Part shown: positions 45,436 through 52,160 of the stretch, piece by piece
How positions within the stretch are numbered: position 1 is the first letter of the stretch
Layout: every line of letters begins with the position of its first letter
NCBI GenBank assembly: GCA_013044195.1
Contig: JABEUV010000114.1
Coordinates: forward strand, 1-62,764
Direction of reading: 5' to 3'
DNA length: 62,764 nt
DNA from: Elusimicrobiota bacterium
GTDB taxonomy: Bacteria; Elusimicrobiota; Elusimicrobia; UBA1565; UBA9628
The notes under the pieces: model-generated
Databases searched by the model: none
Told to the model about the DNA's origin: nothing
What the model saw: the letters and a program-made list of their open reading frames with translations, nothing else
Translations under genes and position numbers: made by a program

Positions 45436-46143
45436 TCAGCCGGCGCCGTCGCGCAGCGCCGCGGGCTTGAGTATTTTGATGCGCTTCCAGCGCGCGTCGA
45501 TGAGGCCCGCCTCGCGCAGCCGTCCGAGGACTCGGATCGCCGTCTCCACGGTGGTGCCGGCCATCTCGGCCACCTCCTCGCGGCCCAGGCGCAGTTCCGG
45601 ACCAAGAGAGAGCGACAGCATCCAGAGGATGTAGCCGATGCGGCGCTCGGCGGGCTCCTTGACCATGGAGCGCAATGCCTGGGAGTGGCGCAGGTGATCG
45701 CCGACCTCGGCGTAGACGGCCTGCGAGAACGGCGGATGGCGGCGCAGCAGTTCGTCGAAGTCCGCCGTGCGGATGCGGTAGACCTCGCTGTCTTGAAGGC
45801 ACACGGCGTTCACGGGGTAAGGCCGCTTGTCGAGAGCGGGCATCATCCCGAAGAGACGCCCGGGAACGATGATCTCGAGAATCACCGGATCGTCCTTCGG
45901 CGACAGCTTCACCGCCTTGATCAGCCCCGAGCGCAGCAGGTACGCCGCGTCCGCCGCCGCGCCCTCCGAGAAGATCGTCTCTCCCCGGGGGTGGCGGCGC
46001 AGGACGAACGCCCGAGAAACGCGCTCCAGGTCCGCGGACGCAAGGCCTTTCAGGAAGGGGATTTTGGCGAGAAAAGAATCCACGAGTTCGATGATATCAA
46101 TTCCCTTCCGGGCTAAGGACCTGAGCGCCTTCCGACGAGACAA
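45436..46143 (-). CDS. Crp/Fnr-family transcriptional regulator
   Basis: cNMP-binding-like beta-roll (RGETIFSEGAAADAAYLLRSGLIK) and a C-terminal HTH (REEVAEMAGTTVETAIRVLGRL). No N-terminal Cys cluster is seen, so it looks Dnr/NnrR-like rather than FNR proper. Confidence 0.9.
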   Translation of the reverse strand: MSRRKALRSLARKGIDIIELVDSFLAKIPFLKGLASADLERVSRAFVLRRHPRGETIFSEGAAADAAYLLRSGLIKAVKLSPKDDPVILEIIVPGRLFGMMPALDKRPYPVNAVCLQDSEVYRIRTADFDELLRRHPPFSQAVYAEVGDHLRHSQALRSMVKEPAERRIGYILWMLSLSLGPELRLGREEVAEMAGTTVETAIRVLGRLREAGLIDARWKRIKILKPAALRDGAG

Positions 46144-46177
46144 GCCGGCGGAAGGCGCCCAGGCGAGCTATTCCTCG

Positions 46178-46735
46178 TCAGTGTCCGTGACCGCCGCAGC
46201 CGCAGCCGCCGGAGCGAGCGGCCTTCTTGTGGAAATAGACCTTCCAGTCGTCCTCGGCGAGGCGTTCCGCCCAGGCCTCGAAGCCTTTGCCGCCCAGCAG
46301 TTGATACAGCGGGCGCGGCTCGAAAATCGCGCGCAATACGAATACGCCGCCCTCCGCGGTCTGCGTCGCCGCGGCCATGATCTTGGGGAAAGGTTCCAAG
46401 CCCGCGCGCAGATCTTCACGAACGTCGACGACATTCGCCGAGTCGGGCTTGGCCCATGCCGGACGCGCCGTTTCGGCGCCCGGGGCCGCCGCGCCCGAGC
46501 CCGCCGCCACGCGCTTGATCAGCACGGACCACTGCTCCGGACCCTTCTCGACGGCCGTCCACTCGAACTCGCCCGCGCGCTCGGCGCTGAACTCGTAGAA
46601 AAGCGGCTTAGGATCATGGTCGTTGACGAGCTTGAGCGCTTTCCCGACGGGGAGCTCTTCCCAGGCCTTGAAAATCTTCGGGTGCCTCTCGCGCGGCGGC
46701 ATCGATCTCACGTCGACCAGCACTTCTTGCTCCAT
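46178..46735 (-). CDS. Double DUF2249-like protein with C-terminal Cys/His tail
   Basis: First half: RHPKIFKAWEELPVGKALKLVNDHDPKPLFYEF. The second half resembles the 45132-45371 product. It ends ...SGGCGCGGHGH. Confidence 0.78.
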   Translation of the reverse strand: MEQEVLVDVRSMPPRERHPKIFKAWEELPVGKALKLVNDHDPKPLFYEFSAERAGEFEWTAVEKGPEQWSVLIKRVAAGSGAAAPGAETARPAWAKPDSANVVDVREDLRAGLEPFPKIMAAATQTAEGGVFVLRAIFEPRPLYQLLGGKGFEAWAERLAEDDWKVYFHKKAARSGGCGCGGHGH

Positions 46736-46929
46736 GTCGTCCTCCTCGCGGCGAATGCGCCGCTGGTCAAAGGCTAGCAGGGAACCGGCCGATCAAATAT
46801 GCGCTGGCGTAGGATTTAACGACGCCGCCGTTGCGCGCGCGCGGCGCCGCGGGTGCCGCGACCGGTTCAGCCTCCATTCTTAACGCGACAATATCCGTCC
46901 TGACCATCTCGGCCGCGACGTTCGAGCGT

Positions 46930-47053
46930 GCGAACAGGGCGTTCCTATCCATGTGATGATAATGAAGACTCGATTCTGGGCTCTTTGACATCTCGTGAAG
47001 GCTGTTTTCGGCATGGCGCGCCGAGCGCGATAAGATCACAATAATAGCAAGCG
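46930..47053 (+). repeat. Conserved ~120-nt element, copy A, upstream of the plus-strand gene at 47130
   Basis: Hand alignment with the reverse complement of 51941-52061 gives 75 of 93 core positions identical without indels. Perfect blocks are TTCCTATCCAT, GATTCTGGGCTCTTTGAC and GTTTTCGGCATGGCGC. Confidence 0.85.
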
Positions 47054-47129
47054 ATTCGGGGGGGCCGGAGTTGCTCCCCCGGTGCGGTCCGAGGGCGCTC
47101 TGTCGGGTGAAGCAAATGGAGTCTGAATA

Positions 47130-47432
47130 ATGCCGAAATCTTCTTGGTGTCTGCTTTTACCCAGCGAGGGGGGTTCATTCGCGGCGGCGACGCGCGTCGT
47201 GGAGAAACAGATTGAGCTGTACTACGCCTCGGCCTCGAGTTTTGGCGAGAGCGACCTGGCGGAATTCTTGGGCGGCGTCCATGAAGAAGCGGGAGAGATC
47301 GCGGCGGAACGGGCAAGGGAAGGCGTGCCGGTGGATGATATCGCTGCGGAGCTTGTTTTTTTCCTGAACAAGGCGATCTTCCGCGCAAGAAGGCGGCGGC
47401 CTACGGCGCTGCGAACGCCGCGCGGTTCTTAA
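47130..47432 (+). CDS. Hypothetical protein (100 aa)
   Basis: ORF with GGAG 11 nt upstream, followed 4 nt later by the CheY-like gene. No family recognised. Confidence 0.45.
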   Translation: MPKSSWCLLLPSEGGSFAAATRVVEKQIELYYASASSFGESDLAEFLGGVHEEAGEIAAERAREGVPVDDIAAELVFFLNKAIFRARRRRPTALRTPRGS

Positions 47433-47436
47433 GGGC

Positions 47437-47823
47437 ATGGCCTTCCTCCTTGTCGTCGACGATGATGCCGACGTGTTGGATTTGCTCGATTGGCATTGCC
47501 GTGAGCGCGGGCATGCGGTCGCCGTCGCCTCGTCTTGCGAAAAGGCATTGACTTGGCTGCGCGTCGCCCGGCCGCCTCGCCTGATCCTGCTCGATTTCTT
47601 TCTGCCGAAGATGGACGGGGCCTGTTTCGTCGAGTTGTTGCGCGCCGGCGAATCAACCAGGGCGATCCCGGTGATTATTATGAGCGCCGCCTCGCCGGAT
47701 TGGGTTGCGCGGAGACTCGTCCCCGACCCCCTCGTGCGGGTGGTATGCAAGCCTTTCGACTTCGCGAGTCTGGATCGGATGATCGAAGAATCGATGTCTG
47801 CGTCCGGCGCGGAGGGTGATTAG
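47437..47823 (+). CDS. Single-domain response regulator (CheY-like receiver)
   Basis: LLVVDDDADVL..., phospho-acceptor LILLDFFLPKMDG, and conserved KPF near the C-terminus. Confidence 0.88.
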   Translation: MAFLLVVDDDADVLDLLDWHCRERGHAVAVASSCEKALTWLRVARPPRLILLDFFLPKMDGACFVELLRAGESTRAIPVIIMSAASPDWVARRLVPDPLVRVVCKPFDFASLDRMIEESMSASGAEGD

Positions 47824-47827
47824 CGCG

Positions 47828-48685
47828 TCAGAAATCAAAAAACTTGAAAGCATTCAGTTCGATGCCGACCAAGGCCGTGTCGGGGCCCTTGCGGCAGGTC
47901 CTCAGGATCGCGGACCCGTGGAACGCGTCGCTCAGCCGGACGCTGTACGCTTGGAATTCGCTCAGCGAGCAGCGCAGAACGTAGGATTTGCAGAACAGCC
48001 GCCGTCCGCTCGGCTTTTGCAGTTCCCGCCACAATCCCGTGAGCTTCCCGTAGGCCTGGACCAGACGCGGATCGTTCGTGTTATTGGAGACCATGATTTT
48101 TTCGGGCCCGGGGCACCAGAAGCGGCCCGTCGCGTCCCGCTTGAGGATGCCCGCGGATTTCAACTGCTCCGCGGCCTTGCGGACTTTCTCCGGGTCGAGC
48201 TTGAGCAGGCCCGCCAAATCCCCGGGGCTCCAGCGCCGCAGGTCGTTGGAGAGTATTTCATAAACGCCGTACGCCGCCGGGCTCGAGCAGTAGGCGAGCA
48301 CCTGCTGCGCGGAAATCGGGCGCGAGTTTTCCCGGGCGTGCCGTACGAGCGCGCTCTGGATATCCGGCTCTTGGTTGTGTCCGCCCTTGAGCCACGCGGA
48401 GCGCAGCAGGTCCATGAGATCGGCCGGGAATTTCTGCCGGAAGTACTCCTCCAGCAGGCGCCGCGCCGAGTCCAGGTCCTCGCGAAACCCCAGCGCCGCG
48501 CACACCGCCGCCAGGAGCCGCTCGCTGGGCCCGCAGCGGCCTTTCTCGACGTTCGCGTAATGGCGGTAGGTGCAGCCGAAGTGCCCCGCGCCGCCGGCGG
48601 TCCTGTAGAACTTCCTGGCCGAGGCGAATCCCCTCTCCTCGCGCATGTTGACCAGCATCAATCCGAAACGGCCCCAATCTTCCAT
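47828..48685 (-). CDS. HTH-like N-terminus plus DUF4423-like region (recalls the TIGR02147 family)
   Basis: The ATG at 48685 is preceded by GGAGGAG. 285 aa. N-terminus: RGFASARKFYRTAGG...YRHYANVEKGRCGPSERLL. The family call is from memory and unverified. Confidence 0.55.
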   Translation of the reverse strand: MEDWGRFGLMLVNMREERGFASARKFYRTAGGAGHFGCTYRHYANVEKGRCGPSERLLAAVCAALGFREDLDSARRLLEEYFRQKFPADLMDLLRSAWLKGGHNQEPDIQSALVRHARENSRPISAQQVLAYCSSPAAYGVYEILSNDLRRWSPGDLAGLLKLDPEKVRKAAEQLKSAGILKRDATGRFWCPGPEKIMVSNNTNDPRLVQAYGKLTGLWRELQKPSGRRLFCKSYVLRCSLSEFQAYSVRLSDAFHGSAILRTCRKGPDTALVGIELNAFKFFDF

Positions 48686-48738
48686 TGCTCCTCCGAAATA
48701 CCGCCGCCCGGACATTCTCTCAAATGCCGCCGCGCTCT

Positions 48739-49074
48739 TCACGGCGCGACGGTCAGCTGGCAGGCCGCGCCGGCGCCGTACGGCGCGGCGGCGACCGTGA
48801 CGCCTGCGGCGGTCGCGCACGCGCAGGAGCAGCCGCCGCCCGCGCAGGCCACCCCCGCCGCGGACGCGCAACTGGCGCCCGCCAGCGCCCACGCGGCCGC
48901 CACTTGATCGAGCGCCGACTGCGCGGAGACGTCCTGCGTCGCGCGGTCGACGGCACCGGAGGTTTCCCGCGCGGCCTGCAGCCGCCAGCGCAGGGTCATG
49001 GCCGTGATGAGGCACAGAATCACGATCACGACGAGCGTCGACGCCATCACTTGGCCGCGCGGAGCTTTCGTCAT
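48739..49074 (-). CDS. Pilin-like small protein (hydrophobic N-terminal helix, Cys/Ala/Gly-rich C-terminus)
   Basis: MTKAPRGQVMASTLVVIVILCLITAMTL. The start overlaps the upstream stop (ATGA). Confidence 0.5.
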   Translation of the reverse strand: MTKAPRGQVMASTLVVIVILCLITAMTLRWRLQAARETSGAVDRATQDVSAQSALDQVAAAWALAGASCASAAGVACAGGGCSCACATAAGVTVAAAPYGAGAACQLTVAP

Positions 49075-49622
49075 TGGTTCGTCCCGGCCGCCGCGTTGAA
49101 CGCGATCGTCTCGTCGACGCTTTGAGATTGGGTCTGCGGTCCCGTCTGCGCCGAGACCAGATAAGCGAATCGGACGGCGCCTGCCGACGGCCGCGAGAAA
49201 TACCACGGCGATGCCGGGTCGTGGGACACTCCCGCGGCGATCGCCAGGCCGCCCGCGGCCGCGCAGGTCGTCGGCGGCATGGGACAGCCGGGGGAGCGGT
49301 AAAAATAAAGGACCCCGCCGCTCTCGCAGAACTGGAATGCTTCCACGGTCGCGGCCGGGTCCATCGGGCCCAGCCTCTGGTCGTAGTTCAGGCAACCGAG
49401 CAGCAAGTCGGACGTCTGGCCGGTCGCGGCCGGCGTATCGACCTCGGTCGCCTGGCGCAGTTCCATCTCCACGGCGCGCCAGGCCATGTAAGCGTCGCCC
49501 TGCACGCGCGTTTGTCGAACGTCGACGATTTGCTGGCGCACCGAGACCGTCAGGACGTCCATTCCCGCGGCCAGCACCGTCGCGCCCAGCGACAGCGCGA
49601 TGACGACTTCCATCAAGTTCAT
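49071..49622 (-). CDS. Pilin-like protein whose Met1 begins a mature-pilin-like N-terminus (MNLMEVVIAL, Glu at position 5)
   Basis: Start is fixed by the upstream stop at 49630 and GAGG 5 nt upstream. There is no leader peptide or Gly at -1. 183 aa. Confidence 0.55.
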   Translation of the reverse strand: MNLMEVVIALSLGATVLAAGMDVLTVSVRQQIVDVRQTRVQGDAYMAWRAVEMELRQATEVDTPAATGQTSDLLLGCLNYDQRLGPMDPAATVEAFQFCESGGVLYFYRSPGCPMPPTTCAAAGGLAIAAGVSHDPASPWYFSRPSAGAVRFAYLVSAQTGPQTQSQSVDETIAFNAAAGTNQ

Positions 49623-49629
49623 CGCGGCC

Positions 49630-50136
49630 TCACGGCGGCTCCTGCCACGTCACGCTGAAGGCGACGGTCGGCTGCGGCCCCAGCGCCGTGGGCGTCGTCG
49701 TCACCGTATAAGAGACCGCCCCTCCCAGCGCCGCCAGCTCCGGCGCCCACGCGGCGGCGCTGAGCGGGTGCGCTCCCGCTTGGAGCGCGTAGCAGCCGCA
49801 GGCGTCGCCCGGCAGCCCCCAGCCGTTGGGCGCGACGCCCGGTCCCGCGACCAAGGCGGTGTCGGCCGTCACGTATGCCTTCAGCGCCTGCGAGACGCGC
49901 CGGACGACCTGCGCCGCCGCCGCCCGCCTTTGCGTTCTTCCCACCGATTGCCGGTCCGTCACCAGCGCGCTCAGAACGCCGCTTGCCGCGACCAGGAGCA
50001 GGAGCATCGCGACGACGACCTCGACGAGCAGGTGGCCCGCGTCGCGCCTTCGGCGGCGGCCGGCGATGGAACTTTTTGCGCCCCTCGCGCGTATATAAAG
50101 GACGGCCCTTGGGCCTTTCGACCCTGGCGCCGACAT
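49630..50136 (-). CDS. Prepilin-type protein (long basic leader, G|HLLVEVVVAMLLLL, Glu +5)
   Basis: MSAPGSKGPRAVLYIRARGAKSSIAGRRRRRDAG then HLLVEVVVAM... is a class III signal-like arrangement. ATG at 50136. Confidence 0.6.
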   Translation of the reverse strand: MSAPGSKGPRAVLYIRARGAKSSIAGRRRRRDAGHLLVEVVVAMLLLLVAASGVLSALVTDRQSVGRTQRRAAAAQVVRRVSQALKAYVTADTALVAGPGVAPNGWGLPGDACGCYALQAGAHPLSAAAWAPELAALGGAVSYTVTTTPTALGPQPTVAFSVTWQEPP

Positions 50137-50160
50137 ATTCTCAGGAGGTATCATCCGCTT

Positions 50161-50475
50161 ATGTCCGATCTTGGTTCCGATTCCGCCCCGGCCACGAAGG
50201 CCGACCTCGCCGCCGTGAAGTCCGAACTGAAGTCCGACATCGCCGCGTCCACCAGGCGCTTGGCCCATGAGATCGTCAAGACCAACGCCCGCGTCGACCG
50301 CCTGGGCGACGACCTTCGCGGCGAGATGCGCGCGCTACGCGGCGACGTCGCCAAGACGATGGACGCCGCCGTCTCCCGCATGGAGACCCTCTGGCGGGAG
50401 TCCGCCCTCCTGCCCGGAATCATCGACGACCACGACCGCCGCATCTCCGCCCTGGAAACCCGCGCTTTGCGTTGA
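50161..50475 (+). CDS. Small coiled-coil protein
   Basis: 104 aa with heptad-like charged repeats. AGGAGG lies 12 nt upstream of the ATG at 50161. Confidence 0.5.
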   Translation: MSDLGSDSAPATKADLAAVKSELKSDIAASTRRLAHEIVKTNARVDRLGDDLRGEMRALRGDVAKTMDAAVSRMETLWRESALLPGIIDDHDRRISALETRALR

Positions 50476-50505
50476 GCGTCCGGACGAGCGCGTCACAGGC
50501 CCATC

Positions 50506-50946
50506 TCAACGCTTCACCGCCCGTTTTTTCTTGCTTTTCTCGAACGCGCGCATGGCGCCCTCCATTTTCTTCTGGAACTCCGGCGTGGAGAAGATCGCCT
50601 GCGACAGCCTTTGCTCCGCCTGGAACTCCGGATTTTCCTGGATGTCCCGCTCCTGCTGCAGCAACGGAATCATGTCCGACGTCGCCTCGTCCTTGTCGAT
50701 GTCGCCCCTGACGAAGCCCGCCGAAACCTCGGCGATTTTTGCCTCGGCCTCCCGCAGCCGCTCCTGAAAAACGCAGAACTCCGGATCCGCCGCCTTCATG
50801 ATCCGCTCTTGAACCTTCTGCATCTCGATCATTTCCGGCGCGGCCGTTATTTGCGGCGGCTCGAACGTCTGCGCTGTAAGAAATCCGGCCGTCGCCGGAA
50901 ACAATCCCGCGATCAAAACGAACCGCCCCGGTTTACGCATCGTCAT
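50506..50946 (-). CDS. Exported helical hypothetical protein
   Basis: MTMRKPGRFVLIAGLFPATAGFLTAQ is a signal peptide. GGAGGAGG lies upstream. The sequence is Glu/Lys/Gln-rich. Confidence 0.55.
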   Translation of the reverse strand: MTMRKPGRFVLIAGLFPATAGFLTAQTFEPPQITAAPEMIEMQKVQERIMKAADPEFCVFQERLREAEAKIAEVSAGFVRGDIDKDEATSDMIPLLQQERDIQENPEFQAEQRLSQAIFSTPEFQKKMEGAMRAFEKSKKKRAVKR

Positions 50947-50954
50947 CCTCCTCC

Positions 50955-51899
50955 TCATCTTTTGTAGCACCTGTTCAGGTGCGCGCCGTAGCCGCCGTTT
51001 TCGTAAGTCTGCATATTCAGAACCCAGCCGGGAGCGCAGGCCGTCGGCTCGCAAATAAACGTGTATACCCCGCCCCAGCAAAAGCACGCCGTCGCCGGAA
51101 AGACCGGAGTCCAGCCCGGGCAATCGCCGCCTTGCGTTCCACTCACGGCTCCCCCAAGGGAACCCCAGGCGGCTCCATCGCACACTTCGGCGGCGCCGCT
51201 GGAGGAATTCCAACGCAGCGTCCCCGCCTTGGAGGCGGTGCAGGCGGCGGTGTCATCCCCCAGTTGAACGCCGCCGGCGACGGAGAGCCGCGAGGCGGGT
51301 GCATTGGTACCCACTCCGACGTTGCCATTTCCTCCAAAAACTACGGCTTCCTGCGTTGCGTTATTGTTCAGGGGGCCAGCATAGAGACTGAGTCTCTCAC
51401 TCGGAAGTTGAACGTCATTTACACCAAACCAGAATCTCCAAGAGTCGTCCGACACGTTAAATTCAAGTTTCGGATGGTCATTCCCGTTATTCCCCAAAGT
51501 CACCCCGGTACGGTCGCCGGGCAGACTGTGGGTAATGCTAGCCTGTCGAGACGATTTGATTGAGCCGGTGACCTCAAGAGGGTAGACGGGAATTGTCGTT
51601 CCGATGCCTACCATTCCGGATGCGTTCGTCGGCGGAACCAGGATGGTATTGCCGGCGTTGCGATTGAGGGTGGTGTCGGCCGGGGTCGCGCCGGAGTTTC
51701 CGGTCGTGACGATTTGATTGTAGACGCCGGCCGGGATGGGGTAGGTCGCCGTCATGGTCAACTGCTGGGAGTAAAGCACGCCCGACGCCGCGCCGAGGGC
51801 GACAAGGGCCGCCAGCAACAGGCAGGCCTTCCGGTCCACGACGATCGTCACGCGTCTTGAATCCTGGTTCCCCGGACTTTTTTCCCCGAACATCATCAC
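50955..51899 (-). CDS. Exported tail-fibre-like protein with Cys-rich C-terminal domain
   Basis: TM/signal segment, then repeated motifs GMVGIGTTIPVYPLEVTG and GNVGVGTNAPASRLSVAG, then C..KAGTLRWNSSSGAAEVCDGAAW. The C-terminus has CPGW...CAPGW. The coding DNA is visibly less GC-rich than its neighbours. Confidence 0.62.
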   Translation of the reverse strand: MMMFGEKSPGNQDSRRVTIVVDRKACLLLAALVALGAASGVLYSQQLTMTATYPIPAGVYNQIVTTGNSGATPADTTLNRNAGNTILVPPTNASGMVGIGTTIPVYPLEVTGSIKSSRQASITHSLPGDRTGVTLGNNGNDHPKLEFNVSDDSWRFWFGVNDVQLPSERLSLYAGPLNNNATQEAVVFGGNGNVGVGTNAPASRLSVAGGVQLGDDTAACTASKAGTLRWNSSSGAAEVCDGAAWGSLGGAVSGTQGGDCPGWTPVFPATACFCWGGVYTFICEPTACAPGWVLNMQTYENGGYGAHLNRCYKR

Positions 51900-51940
51900 C
51901 CTCCGCCCGGCGCATTGAAATCCCCTCGGCGCTTACTATC

Positions 51941-52061
51941 GTAATTGTACGCAGGCCGGTGCGCCATGCCGAAAACGGCCCTCATGCGGGGTCAAAGAGC
52001 CCAGAATCAGGACTTCATAAACGTCGAATGGATAGGAATTCCTTGTTCGCGCGACTCAACA
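51941..52061 (-). repeat. Conserved ~120-nt element, copy B, upstream of the minus-strand gene starting at 51899
   Basis: The reverse complement aligns to 46930-47053 (see copy A). It has the same orientation relative to its downstream gene. Confidence 0.85.
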
Positions 52062-52160
52062 TGATCCGGCGGACGAGGGTTTCTAGGCCCAATGGCCGCC
52101 GTTGAAGGGGGCCTGAGGACTCTGCCGCGCCGTCGGCGATCCATGTAAAATATAAACACG

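Noticed and set aside
46831-46844. TTGCG-cgcg-CGCGG partial FNR/NnrR-like box upstream of the double-DUF2249 gene.
   Set aside because: It lies in an alternating GC run where such matches are cheap. Its centre is about 102 nt from the ATG, with no credible -10 at the matching distance.
46767-47039. Small ORFs on the strand opposite to the conserved elements (46767-47039 minus and 51857-52105 plus), sharing a peptide such as RHAEN..H..SKSPES.LH...MDRN.LFAR.N.
   Set aside because: The similarity follows automatically from ~80% nucleotide identity. Substitutions are not concentrated at third positions: about 65% aa identity against about 80% nt identity. There is no start context, so this is more likely non-coding conservation.
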